64,000 nucleotides of DNA, taken from assembly GCF_006345805.1 (NCBI RefSeq), contig NC_043010.1, forward strand, positions 11,036,001 through 11,100,000, in the 5' to 3' direction. Position 1 is the first letter of the stretch. Each line of letters starts with the position of its first letter. The translations under genes and the position numbers were made by a program. This stretch comes from Octopus sinensis (Eukaryota). Shown here piece by piece: positions 27,755 to 41,159 of the stretch. Below the pieces are notes generated by a model. It was not told the origin of the DNA and did no database searches. It saw nothing but the letters and a program-made list of their open reading frames with translations.

Positions 27755-28393
27755 TATTTCTTTATTGCCCACAAGGAGCTAAACATAAAGGGGACAAACA
27801 AGGACAGACAAAGGGATTAAGTTGATTGCATCGACTCCAGTGCATAACTCTCTTTACTCTTTTACTTGTTTCAGTCATTTGACAGTGGCCATGCTGGAGC
27901 ACCGCCTTTAATCAAGCAACTCGACCCCGGGACCTATTCTTTTGTAAGCCCAGTACTTATTTTATCGGTCTCTTTTGCCGAACCGCTAAGTGACAGGGAC
28001 GTAAACACACCAGCATCGGTTGTCAAGCAATGCTAGGGGGACAAACACAGACACACAAACACACACACGCATATAAGTATATACATATATACGACGGGTT
28101 TCTTTCAGTTTCCGTCTACCAAATCCACTCAAAAGGATTTGCTCGGCCCAAGGCTATAGTAGAAGACACTTGCCCAAGGTGCCACGCAGTGGGACTGAAC
28201 CCGGAACCATGTGGTTGGTAAACAAGCTACTTACCACACAGCCAATCCTGCGCCATAACTGGTACTTAATTTAACGACCCCAAAAGGATGAAAGGCAAAG
28301 TCAACCTTGGTGGAATTTGAACTTCAGAACGTAAGGAAAGACGAAATACCACTAAGCATTTTGCCCAGCATGCTAACATTTCTGCCAGCTCGC
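27755..28393 (-). mobile_element. SINE family B interrupted by a family A SINE
   Basis: B 3' part at 27755-27849 and B 5' part at 28254-28393; CATAACT duplicated on both sides of the insert. Confidence 0.85.
27850..28254 (-). mobile_element. SINE family A, full length, nested in SINE B
   Basis: Complete motifs; TSD CATAACT (27843-27849 and 28254-28260). Confidence 0.92.
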
Positions 28394-28897
28394 AAGCTTC
28401 TTACCCCACAGCCATGCCTTATACTCATTTCATTATACACACACACACACCAGCCAATACATGCATTGTGAGATGAGGGTGCACATGCATCTTTGTGTTT
28501 GTGTTTGGCTCCCCAGTGCCATCTGGCAACCGATGCTGTAATTCAGGTATTTGGCACAACAAATACTACAACATATTTTAACGAGTTCCCATTTCCACTA
28601 ATCTACCATCGTAGATTGGTACTTTATGTTACAGACCTTTGAAGGATGAAGGGCAAAGCTGACCATGGCAGGTTTTCACCTCAGAAGAATCCCACCTTAA
28701 ACATTAATTAGCAGGACCAACGAATATTTCATGGAATTAATGGTAAACATATTGGGTTCTTTCTGAAAACTTCCTCCAAAAAACCTGAAAGTGTAGCCTG
28801 TGCTGTGTCTGTCTCAAAAGACAGTCGCTCATCTGCTATTTATTGAAAAGTGAAGAAAACTGGAATATGATGATTATTTAATGCTCTTTATATATAC

Positions 28898-29126
28898 GGC
28901 GAGTTGTCAGAAATGTTAGCACCCCGGGTGAAATGCGTAGCTGTATTTCGTCTGCCACTACATTCTGAGTTCAAATTTTGCCGAGGTTGACTTTGCCTTT
29001 CATCCTTTCGGGGTCAATAAATTAAGTACCAGTTACACACTGGAGTCGGTGTAATCGACTTAATCCACATGTCTGTCCTTGTTTGTCCCATCTGTGTTTA
29101 GACCCTTGTGGGTAGTAAAGAAATAG
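28898..29126 (+). mobile_element. SINE family B
   Basis: GGCGAGTTGTCAGAAATG..GTAGTAAAGAAATAG. Confidence 0.88.
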
Positions 29127-30338
29127 CTCTTTATATATACACTTTATATACAATTTTATATACTTTATACATAATTTTATAGACTTAATACATAGCACTC
29201 TCCCTCTTTCTTCCTCACTCTTCCCCTTACTCGTTATTTTTCTCTCCTTTTTCTTTTGCTTTTTGCCTTTCCCTTCTGTTAATTATGTGGAAGTGTTACA
29301 GACAGACAAAGTAACGGAGGAAAAATCTTGGTTCAATAAAAAGTAATTACACATTTCACTCACCGCCACCACTCCCACCCTTTTCCCTCCACTTACCTGT
29401 CTCACCATTCCCCTATCGGCCCCCTCATCCTATCTCCCTCTTACTATCTGTCTCCTCCCCTCTGCATCCCATCCCACATCCTCCCCCATCCCTCCCACTC
29501 CACCCCTTCAAGTAATCACGTGGGAGTGTTACATACGGGCTAAGTAACAGAGTGACAAGCAGAATTTTTACAAGATTTAGTTAACATTAATTTCCAGGAT
29601 TGACGGTTCCTGAACCTTTTACATTATTACAATCAATCTCAACCGTTTTCTTTTATCTTCTATCTTCTACTTGCTTCAGTCATTGGACTGCAGCCATGCT
29701 GAGGTACTGTCCTGACGGATTTAGTCAGACAAATAAACGTTTGTACATATTTCTTTAAATTTTGGTACTTATTCTAGAAGTCAGTTTTGCCAAACCATGA
29801 AAATTAATGGGATATAAACACTACGATTCCCTAAAACTTGAGAACTACACAACCAATTCCATTCAAATTTTACACATGCTTACTTAGGGTCCATGTAGTT
29901 TCATGGGCAAAAAAGAATGTTCAACTTCTTGCCTAGAGCGAGCCCATAGCAATGTCCATACAGTGACCATTAAGCAAAATCATTTACAAGGTATTTGTTG
30001 ACCTGTGCCACGTGCCTAAGCTGTGGCACAATGGAACTGAACTGAATTGATTTTAATTAATGCAATAACTTTTATTCTCATTATGGTTTAAATTCCAGGT
30101 GATAAAAACTTACTTTCACTTCAGCATGTAAAATATGTTAGCCTGCACTTGACTATGAGTCCTTCATGCAAAAGTTGCTCTTTGAAAACTTTCCATTGTC
30201 ATATATGTTTGCGAGCACACACACACACGTGCGTGTGTGTGGTGTGTATGTGTGTGTGTATGTGTGTGTGGATGTGTGTGTGCACGTGCATATGTGTGTA
30301 TGCCTGTATGCACATATATATATATATATATATATGTG

Positions 30339-30379
<41 letters not shown>

Positions 30380-30882
30380 AAATGTATATATGCTATATAT
30401 GCATATATTATATATATATATACATACATACATACATATAGATATATATATATTTATTTATATGTATAGTATGTATGTAGGGAGAGAGAAAGAGACACAA
30501 ACACACACACACACATAAAGTATTGAACGAACGTTAGTCGATGCATAGAAAGATGAAAAGAAATGTACTGGATATCAGTCACAGAGTGGAATAAAATTTA
30601 ATCAGGGAAGAAATTTTACGTATATATATATATATATGTGTGTGTGGGTGTGTGTATATGTGTATGTGTTTGTGTGTGTGTGTATGTGTGTGTTTGTGTG
30701 TGTGTGTATGTATGTGTTTGTATGTATGTGTGTGTGTGTGTGTGTGTGTTTGTGTTGTCTGTGTGTGTATGTGTTTGTGTGTGTGTGTATGTATGTGTTT
30801 GTGTGTTGTGTGTGTGTGTGTGTGGTGTGTGTTGTGTGTGTCTGTGTGTGTGTGTTTGTGTGGTGTGTGTATGTATTGTGGC

Positions 30883-30899
<17 letters not shown>

Positions 30900-30913
<14 letters not shown>

Positions 30914-31011
30914 CATAGCTAGAAAGATATTTATGTTTTTATGTATGTATAGTTGTGTGTGTGGTGTGTGTATGTGTGAGCATGTGTGTGTGTGGTAGTG
31001 TGGCATGTGTG

Positions 31012-31042
<31 letters not shown>

Positions 31043-31217
31043 CATAGCTAGATAGATATTTATGTTTTTATGTATGTATACGTTTGTTTGTGTGGGTGTG
31101 TGTATGTGTGTGCATGGTGTGTGTGTGTGTATGTGTGTGCATGTGTGGTGTGTGTGTGTGTTTGTGTGTGTGTCTGTGTGGGTATGTGTGTGTGTGTGTG
31201 TGTATGTTGTGTGCGTG

Positions 31218-31248
<31 letters not shown>

Positions 31249-31336
31249 CATAGCTAGAAAGATATTTATGTTTTTATGTATGTATACGTTTGTGTGTGTG
31301 TGTGTGTGTATGTGTGAGCATGTGTGTGTGTGTGTA

Positions 31337-31378
<42 letters not shown>

Positions 31379-31600
31379 CATGCTGATAGATATTTATGTT
31401 TTTATGGTATACGTTTGTGTGTGTGTGTGTGTATGTGTGTGCATGTGTGTGTGTGTGTGTATGTGTGTGCATGTGTGTGTGTGTGTGTATATATATATAT
31501 ACATAGCTAGAAAGATATTTATTTTTTATGTATGTATACGTTTGTGTGTGTGTGTGTGTGTGTATGTGTGTGCATGTGTGTGTGTGTGTATGTGTGTGCA

Positions 31601-31634
<34 letters not shown>

Positions 31635-31810
31635 CATAGCTAGATAGATATTTATGTTTTTATGTATGTATACGTTTGTGTGTGTGTGTGTGTGTATGTG
31701 TGTGCGTGTGTATGTGTTTGTGTGTGCATATGTGTGTGTGTGTGTGTATATATATATAATACATAACTAGATAGATATTTATGTTTTTATATATGTATAC
31801 GTTTGTGTTT
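30900..31810. repeat. Minisatellite: ~40-bp core CATAGCTAGAAAGATATTTATGTTTTTATGTATG repeated about 7 times with (TG)n(TA)n spacers
   Basis: Cores near 30913, 31043, 31249, 31379, 31502, 31635 and 31762. Confidence 0.85.
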
Positions 31811-32694
31811 GTCTCTATGCACACACACACACGCACATACACACACACACACACAGTACTATGTCTTGACTTGGTGATGTGGCAGCAGCGTTGAATAAAT
31901 GGTGCTATGTTTGGTCATAACATACCCAGGGAAATATATATTTTGTTCGCTTCATAAACTAATCATCAGAGTCCATGCTTCAGAGACTAGATATCTAAAA
32001 CGATACTTTTGACATTAACTTAAATATTTTACCATTATTTTTTTTTTTCAAATTTTCAATAAAAAAAATAATGTCAGAATTTCTTTACTGTATCAGTTAA
32101 AATAAAAGCTTCCCCCTTTTATTTAGTTTGTTTAATTATATCTTGAACATTATTGAAGATTAGCTCTTTTAGCGTTGGTTTTCATTTAGGCTTAAGGTTA
32201 AAAATACATATTTCGCAATTTCTCAGCCACTGCTTTGTACAACATTAAGTCATAGCACACACACACATGCACATGCACACACATGTGATGTAGGGAACTG
32301 CTCAGTTAGGTAGTACGTAATTACCTCCCTTATGTAGTGCACTTGTTCACGCAGATAGTTATATATTTTTTTTTTCATTCACCCACATAATCAACTAGAC
32401 CCCTCCTCATTTTTATCATCATTACTACCATCACTAAGATCGTTATCTCTCAATCACATCAATATTAGCATGCTAATAATCATCATCATGGTTAACCTGA
32501 TTGTTACTAATATATATATATGAATGCATGTATGTACATATATATATATATACATACATACACACATACATACATATATATATATGTATATATATGTTCT
32601 TAAAATTTAAATCCACATCTTTGTCTATATATCTACCTTCTCTATAATGTTGCCACTTGATTCGAAAATTTTTGTATTAATGGAAAACCTCTAT

Positions 32695-32784
32695 AATTGG
32701 CTGATGAGTACTCAGCATCTTAAATCTGTTGTAATACTTAAAAATTTAATAAAATGATGTAGTACGAAACGATCGTACCAAATT
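32695..32784 (+). ncRNA. Type-I hammerhead ribozyme with long stem II, inside a (TA)n-flanked element (about 32596-32815)
   Basis: TTGG-CTGATGA-GTACT...AGTAC-GAAAC-GATC-GTA-CCAA: canonical core, palindromic stem III ACGATCGT, GUA site. Confidence 0.85.
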
Positions 32785-33289
32785 ACCGGAGTCATTCTTG
32801 TTGCTTATTTTGATTATATATATATATACATACATGTGCTTCTCTGTGTGTGTGCATGCATGTATGCATATGATATGTATGTATATCATATATATATATA
32901 TACATACACATACACACACACACACACATATATATATACATACACACATGCATACATACATATATGTAGACAAACACAAACACACATATACATGCATGCA
33001 TTTATGTATGTGTGTGTGTGGTGTGTGTGTGTGTGTGTGTGTCCATTTCTGGAAACACCTGAAATGTTTTGATCCAGAATTCTTGTGAAATAGATTGAGA
33101 CTTTAGTTAAAATCATCTGCCAGTTCCAAACTAATGTCACCAAAATCTCTAATGTCGAACAACTACGTATTCCAGGTCTTGATCTGTATGACCATAAATT
33201 CAAAATAGGCACCATGAGTATGAGACTCCATTGAATTTTGGGGTTCAGTAAGCTTTTGTACACAACCAGTTTAGTTATGGCTTGAAATT

Positions 33290-34192
33290 ATTAAAATAGT
33301 AATCTGCATATCATACTTAAAGCAGATATACCATTGAAAGCCTTCAAAACTGCTGTCTGCTGATAAAGCTCAAAGAATCAGAAATATGTATTTCTGATAC
33401 AGCGTATTTCTTTATTGCCCTCAGGGGGCTAAACACAGAGAGGACAAACAAGGACAAACAAACGGATTAAGTCGATTATATCGATCCCAGTGCATAACTA
33501 GTACTTAATTTATCGACCCCGAAAAGATGAAAGGCAAAGTCGACCTCGGCGGAATTTGAACTCAGAACGTAGTGGCAGATGAAATACCTATTTCTTTACT
33601 ACCCACAAAGGGCTAAACACAGAGAGGACAAACAAGGACAGACAAACGGATTAAGTCGATTATATCGACCCCAGTGCGTAACTGGTACTTCGTTTATTGA
33701 CCCCGAAAGGATGAAAGACAAAGTCGACCTCAGCGGAATTTGAACTCAGAATGTAGCGGCAGATGAAATACCTATTTCTTTACTACCCACAAGGGGCTAA
33801 ACACAGAGAGGACAAACAAAGACAGACATAGGTATTAAGTCGATTACATCAATCCCAGTGCGTAACTAGTACTTAATTTATCAACCCCGAAAGGATGAAA
33901 GGCAAAGTCGACCTCAGCGGAATTTGAACTCAGAACGTAGTAGCAGACGAAATACTGCTAAGCATTTCGCCCAGTATACTAACGTTTCTGCCAGCTCACC
34001 GTATCAGAAATACGTTGTTAGAAATACTACACCCATTGTTGGATAACATTCATGAGCTTCTGAAATATTTCTGAGTTTTTTTTTCTTCATACTTTACATC
34101 TACAAGAGATGCCATCTTGAGACAAAAACTACAGTTTAGAAGGCTTTGTAGAGTGTATATGCTTTTAGTATGATATGCAGTTTGCTATTTTA
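33290..34192. mobile_element. Old MITE-like element with ~60-bp imperfect TIRs, disrupted by a SINE B array
   Basis: 33291-33352 TTAAAATAGTAATCTGCATATCATACTTAAAGCA.. is the approximate reverse complement of 34131-34192. Confidence 0.55.
33405..34000 (-). mobile_element. Head-to-tail array of SINE family B (3 units, ~184-bp period)
   Basis: Junctions GGCAGATGAAATACCTATTTCTTTAC at about 33581 and 33765. Confidence 0.9.
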
Positions 34193-34593
34193 ACTAATAT
34201 GGCTTCTATCATTAATAACAAATTTAAATAGATAACTTAAACTGTAATAATGTATTAAATATTCAATCTCTACTAGATCTGTAGCATGTTACTGGCTAAA
34301 CATTTTGCAACATATTAGACCAGTCCAGGCATGTTGATGAATGTAAACAAATGTTTTCTTCCTTCTTTCTGTAGACAAACAAACAGATCTGCCTGCTTTG
34401 CTTCAAATATTGTTTGATTTTCCCCCAGAAGAATACTATTCAATCAGCTGCTTTGAATAATATATACATAATATAATTTTTTGATGAGCAAATCAAACAG
34501 TATTCTGTTTTGGATGAAAATCATTCAGAATTTGAAACCGGTAGTGAAGAGTCTCTTTTATATATATATATATTATATATATATATATATATA

Positions 34594-34631
<38 letters not shown>

Positions 34632-34804
34632 TGTGGTGTGAGTGTGTTTGTGGTATGCAAGAGTTCTATAAATCCAAGTATTGCAAAGACAATCATTGTT
34701 TGCCCTATTGGAAACCTATGACCAACTGCAGTATTCTTCATCACCAACTGCAATACAAAATATAAATGAAATGCAATTGACACACTTGCCATATATTCCA
34801 GGAA

Positions 34805-34928
34805 ATATATATATAAATATATATATGTATATATGTATGTATATATTATATATGTATATATATATATGTATGTATATATATATACATATATATATATATA
34901 CACTATTATATATACATATATATGTATG

Positions 34929-34990
<62 letters not shown>

Positions 34991-35117
34991 TATATATATA
35001 CATATATATATACATATATACAGATATATATATACATATAAAATATATATATATATATATATACAAATATACATATATATATACATATATATATATATAC
35101 ATATATATATCTATTTA

Positions 35118-35153
<36 letters not shown>

Positions 35154-35218
35154 CATATATACATACATACATACATGCATACATACACACATACACATAT
35201 GCACACACACACACACAA
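34805..35218. repeat. (TA)n/(CA)n microsatellite
   Basis: Direct inspection. Confidence 0.92.
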
Positions 35219-35513
35219 ATGCAGGAATAACCAGGTTGTTATGAATGAAGTTTTCTTAGGCAAAAGGTGATTTTGATTTCACTGCTAATCTCCAACACCT
35301 TGATATTAGCCACACTATTATGAGAAGGGGTAAGATGAATGTCTGAAAATGTTATGAACAATATGGTCTTGTTAGGCTAGACTCAAAATATGAAAAGTGT
35401 TGTCACTGAAATAAATGACAAAGACAAAGTTATTAAAAGTATTACTTTGCACAGGTAGTTTAATAATCTTACGAAATAGCACACAATTTCTGGAAGATAG
35501 GAGATAAAAGTTC

Positions 35514-35723
35514 TTAATCCTTTTGTTACCATATTTCTGTTGACCCTACTCTGATTCTGTTTCAATTAATTTGGAAAATAATGAAGGATTTAGTTTAATG
35601 TCATTAACCTTATTAATGGACCTTAAATTATTTGGACCCTAGATTAACCTGAAATTTTGATGCAAGATTTCAGTTTAGATCACAGGACCTAGGGCAGTTC
35701 CATGCTGGTAGCAAAAGGGTTAA
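35514..35723. mobile_element. piggyBac-like MITE, diverged single copy
   Basis: TTAA-TCCTTTTGTTACC ... GGTAGCAAAAGGG-TTAA. Confidence 0.65.
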
Positions 35724-35875
35724 AGCAAAGGCAGAAGCAGATGATAAGAGTCCCACTGGGACCTAGTCAAACAGAAACAGAAGTGGATTTCAAAGGGCAT
35801 AATTTATCCTGCATTCGGCTGGGGTCTTAGACTAGACTGGTTAGAACACCCAATGCATATTGGCTCTGGGGTACC

Positions 35876-36857
35876 TTAACCCTTTCGTTACTGTATTTAT
35901 TTTGAGATCTCGGTGTTTCTTTCAATTATTTTAAATATAACAAAGAATTTAATAAAATAACTTAGTTATCATTCAGCTAGTGCTAGGAACATAAATTGTG
36001 ACTAAGGTTTGGTGGAAGATTCTAATTCAAAACTTATGAAAAACAAGACATTTGTACTACAGAATCAGAGGCAGTTTCAGCCAGGTTGGTATCAAAAGAG
36101 TTAAGAATTGTTTCTCTATTATATTTTAACCCTTTTGTTACCTTATTTTGTTGAGACAATCTGTGTTTGTTTCAATTAATTTTAAAATAACAAAGAATTT
36201 AGAAAAATAACTTAGTTATCATTCAGCTAGTGTTAGGAACGTAAATTGTGAATAAGGTTTGGTGGAAGATTTTAATTCAAAACTTATGAAAAACAAGACA
36301 TTTGTACTACAGAATCAGAGGCAGTTTCAGCCAGGTTGGTATCAAAAGAGTTAAGAATTGTTTCTCTATTATATATTTTAACCCTTTTGTTACCTTATTT
36401 CTGTTGAGACAATCTGTGTTTGTTTCAATTAATTTTAAATATAACAAAGAATTTAGAAAAATAACTTAGTTATCATTCAGCTAGTGTTAGGAACATAAAT
36501 TGTGACTAAGGTTTGGTGGCAGATTTTAATTCAAAACTTATGAAAAACAAGACATTTGTACTACAGAATCAGAGGCAGTTTCAGCCAGGTTGGTATCAAA
36601 AGAGTTAAGAATTGTTTCTCTATTATATATTTTAACCCTTTTGTTACCTTATTTCTGTTGAGACAATCTGTGTTTGTTTCAATTAATTTTAAATATAACA
36701 AAGAATTTAGAAAAATAACTTAGTTATCATTCAGCTAGTGTTAGGAACATAAATTGTGACTAAGGTTTGGTGGAAGATTTTAATTTAAAACTTATGAAAG
36801 GCATTTGTATCTCAGAACCAGAGCCGGTTTCAGCCAGATTGGTAACGAAGGGGTTAA
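35876..36857. mobile_element. Tandem array of four piggyBac-like MITEs (~250-bp period)
   Basis: Units TTAA-CCCTTT(C/T)GTTAC...GGTATCAAAAGAG or GGTAACGAAGGGG-TTAA starting at 35876, 36126, 36378 and 36632, with a near-identical spacer GAATTGTTTCTCTATTATAT. Confidence 0.85.
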
Positions 36858-37126
36858 TTATCCAGGGTAGTTTTAATGCCAACTGTAGCACATGATATGG
36901 CAGCACAGGGGTATTGAGGAGTCATGACCTGGATGTGGCCTGGATCCCTTTGTTAGTAAGATGTTAAGGGCTGAAACACTTGTATGAGGTGGCATCTTCT
37001 CTGAAGGCTCTCTGCTATTCAGCTCTCTCTCTGGGATAACTCCACTTTTCAAGAAATTATTGAAAAGAAACCAGAGAGTCTGGTATTGTTATCTGCAAGT
37101 TATCTCAGTAAATAGGTGTTTGTGTG

Positions 37127-37163
<37 letters not shown>

Positions 37164-37164
37164 A

Positions 37165-37365
37165 AGGAGATTCAGCACGACACAGAATGTGACACAGTTG
37201 GCCATTTGAAAACGCAGCTGTGACTTATTTTTGCCAGCTGGGTGGATGTGAGCCACGTGAAATAAAGTGTCTTGCTCAAGGATACAATGCAGCAGCAGGG
37301 AATCAAATTCTGGACCTTGCAATTGTGAGCCAAATATGCCTAACCACTAGGCCATGTGCCTTCAC
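37165..37365 (-). mobile_element. Degenerate SINE family D
   Basis: GAAATAAAGTGTCTTGCTCAAG (CORE-like) and CCACTAGGCCATGTGCCTTCAC head. Confidence 0.7.
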
Positions 37366-37372
37366 ACACACA

Positions 37373-37419
<47 letters not shown>

Positions 37420-38023
37420 ATATACACACAGATACACATATATACACACACATGCAACAGGCTTATTTCAGTCTTTCAATTAAATCCACTCTCAAGGCTT
37501 TCACCTTACAATTGAGAGTTATACACCTTAATAACTGAGCCACTCATCTCCACACACACACACACACACATACACACACATACCACACATACATACATAC
37601 ACACACACACATACATACATACATACATACACACATACATATACATGCACATAAGCACAAACACACATTTGATGGGTTTCTTTCTCTATCTCTATCAAAT
37701 CCATTCACAAGACTTTGATCTTACAATCACGAGCTGCATGCCCTAACCACTAAGCCACTCATCTTCACACACACACAAACACACACACACACATACACAC
37801 ATACCACCCATATATACATACATACATACACACACATACATATATGCGCACATTAGCACAAAACCCACATTTGATGGGCTTCTTTCTGTCTCTATCATTT
37901 AGACTTTGATCTTACAATCCTTAGCTGCATGCCCTAACCACTGACCCACTCATCTTCACACACATGCACATATACACACATACCACACATATACACACAT
38001 ACCACACATATATACATATGTAC

Positions 38024-38393
38024 ATCAACACCAACATCAAAATAAAAATCAAATGGAAATTGTTGTTAAGATACCCGTGCTGGTGACATGTAAAAAGCAC
38101 CGTCCGAACGTAGCTGATGCCAGTGCCACCTGAATGGTGTCCATGTTGGTGACACGTAAAAAGCACCAACCGATCATGGCCATTTGCCAGCCTCCTCTGG
38201 CCCCTGTGCCAGTGGCACGTACAAAGTACCCACTAAACTCGTGGAGTGGTTGGTGTTAGGAAGGGCATCCAGATGTAGAAACACTGCCAGATCAGACTGG
38301 AGCCTGGCACAGCCTCCTGGCTTCCCAGACCCCAGTTGAACCATTCAACCCATGCAAGCATGGAAAACGGACGTTAAACGATGATGATGATGA
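38024..38393 (+). mobile_element. Family C RTE-tail retroposon
   Basis: Three GTAAAAAGCACC-type units, GTGGTTGGTGTTAGGAAGGGCATCC, GGACGTTAAACGATGATG. Confidence 0.85.
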
Positions 38394-38898
38394 TACATAA
38401 ACACACATACATATACACATACATAAGCACAAAACCCACATTTGATGGGCTTCTTTCTGTCTCTATCACAAGACTTTTACAATCCTGAGCTGCATGCCCT
38501 AACCACTGAGCCACACGTCTCCTCTTATCTCCTCATGGTATCCACCGAAAGACGGATACTATTGGCTGGAGATGCTGATTATTAACTACCTGAATCAGAG
38601 ACTCAACTTTGCACAGTAATAGAAACACGATACGTCTGTACTGTACTACGGATTCTTTCAAGAGATGGGTGACATCCTGTCAAGTCAGCCAACTGTGAAT
38701 CGTAATTTGACATGAGAATAATCTTGAGGCTATTTGTTGGAAACTAATACTGACTGATCACATGATTGTACATGACCTCAGTTGACCTTAAATTCAGGTT
38801 TGGTCTTCCTCTTAGAATATCATAATCAACTAAGATAATTACAATTCTAACGCTTCCAACATATTGCTACTCTTGTTGTTGTTGTTGTTGTTTTGCAG

Positions 38899-38932
<34 letters not shown>

Positions 38933-39549
38933 GTTGTTGTTGTTGTTGTGTTGTTGTTGTTGTTGTTGTTGTTATTGTTGTTGCTGTTGCTGTTGTTGCT
39001 GTCAGCTGTGATTGAGCAGACTGTGATAATGAAAGAGCATTACTGCCATGACCATCCCGTCTTACTAAGGACGATAGGACTACGTTATCTAATGAGCTAT
39101 TCCTTTAATTTTAAGACAGCAAATATGCAACTAAGCCCCCGGGGGGCGGTGGGGGGGATTTCTGTTTAGCTGCTATTTCTAGCAGGTCGAACGATCACAT
39201 GCAGAGGTTCCTTGTTGGCTTGTATCTCTTAAACTTTTTTTTTTGTTATTCAATAAAGGTTACAATTGCACCTGCTGTACACTCTTCATCATTCTTGATA
39301 GCCACATCGTCTTTCTTTTGTGCTTCCACCTCTCTCCTCTTCTTTTCCTTACTTCTTCTTCTCTTTCTTCTTCTTCACCACCACCTCCTTCTTCTTCTTC
39401 TTCTTCTTCTTCATAATATCAGGTGTTTATGTCATCCACTGGCTTTTTTTTTTTGACAAACATGACATGAATTGGTTTCATTCTCAACAGCTTATAAAAC
39501 AGCTAAAGCTTCGTCAACTCCCACAGCAAATACGAACACTTGCATCTCT

Positions 39550-40690
39550 ACCACCACCACCACTACCAAAAACAACAACAATAACAACGACAACACTGTC
39601 ACCACTGCAGTAATCACAGAGACCATCATCGCCAGCAACACCACTGCTACCTCCACAACCTTCATCTAAAACACCGCTACCACCACCACCAAAACCACCA
39701 CAGCCACCACTATTAACGTCATCGTTATCATCACCACCTTCACCACCACCACCACCACCACCACAATCATCACCACAACTACTGCCAACACAATCTCCAC
39801 CAGAATCACTAATACCACCACCACCACAACAACAACAACAACAGCAACAGCAACAACAACAATAATCACCAGCGCTGCCACCGCCACATTTACAAATATC
39901 ACCACCACCACCAACACTACCACCAACACCATTATTACCATCACCCCTACCACCAATCACCACTACCACTATTACCATCACCACCACCAATAGCAACAAC
40001 AGCAACAATCACCAGCTCTACCACCGCCACATTTACAAATATCACCACCACCAACACTACCACCATCACCACTACCACCAATCACCGCTACCACCATTAC
40101 CACCACTACCGCAATAACATCAACAACAACAATCACCAGCACTACCACCACCAGTACAACCACCACCATCTCTGTTACTATAATTACCACCACCACCACC
40201 ACTCAAACTACCATCACCACTACCACCAATCACCACTACCACCATTACCATCACCACCACCAATAGCAACAACAGCAACAATCACCAGCTCTACCACCAC
40301 CAGTACAACCACCACCATCTCCGTTACTATAATTACCACCACCACCACTGAAACTACCATCACCACTGCCACCACCACCACCACTGAAACTACCATCACC
40401 ACCGCTACCACCACCATTACCACCACCACTGAAACTACCATCACCACTGCCACCACCACCACCACTACCATTACCATCACCACCGCCACCACCACCATCA
40501 CCACCATTACCACCACCACCACCACCACCAACACCATTACCACCACGACTGAAACTACCATCACCACCACCACCACCACCATTACCACCCCCACTGAAAC
40601 TACCATCACCACCACTGCCACCACCACCACCACCATTACCACCACCACTGAAACTACCATCACCACCACCACCACCACCACCACCTTCAC
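39550..40690. repeat. Compound (CAC/CAA)n minisatellite
   Basis: Repeated CACCACTGAAACTACCATCACCAC and CCGCCACATTTACAAATATCACC units. Confidence 0.85.
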
Positions 40691-40958
40691 TGTCATTACC
40701 AGGTCTTCTTGACTTATTCATTGTCATCATGTACTTTTTCAATTTATCACTACCATGCTCATTACATTTTTTTTTCTTATTTTCTTTACATTGTCACATC
40801 TGCTACCACTATCACCACAACCTCCAATACAACTTCCAGGAACAACACCAATGCTACTACAATCCCGCTACCGTTTCTGTAACCAACAGTCTCACCACTG
40901 CCCTTAACTGTACTCACTCCCTACCTGCTTATATAACACGATCACCATGTTGATTCAC

Positions 40959-41159
40959 TAGCCTCTGCACGCATTTTTTTTCTCTCCTTGTTTCTCTCCG
41001 TGTTTCCTTTCTGTGTATCTTTCTGTTGAAGAGCGTAGGCTCGAAACGTAAAAGACTTGTTTTACTTATATTCCTGAGTGCCATACTAATACAATTGTTT
41101 GTTTGTACTCCACCTGCCTTCGTCTTTTGTTTATTTTCATAAAGCTTCCCGTTATATAA
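40959..41159 (+). mobile_element. Short Penelope-like pLTR element (HHR A6U family)
   Basis: Homologous to 48671-48850 and 50026-50213; ends CCCGTTATATA. Confidence 0.72.
41018..41055 (+). ncRNA. Minimal type-I hammerhead ribozyme, A6U core variant
   Basis: TCTTT-CTGTTGA-A-GAGC(GTAG)GCTC-GAAAC-GTA-AAAGA. Confidence 0.7.

Noticed and set aside
30900-31810. CRISPR-like array of ~40-bp repeats with variable spacers
   Set aside because: Spacers are (TG)n/(TA)n microsatellite, the context is eukaryotic and there are no cas genes; it is a minisatellite
40251-40742. Gly-rich ORF (GGGDGSFSGGGN repeats) suggestive of a structural protein
   Set aside because: Arises from a (CAC)n compound repeat; neighbouring units switch frame; no signal peptide or convincing splice sites
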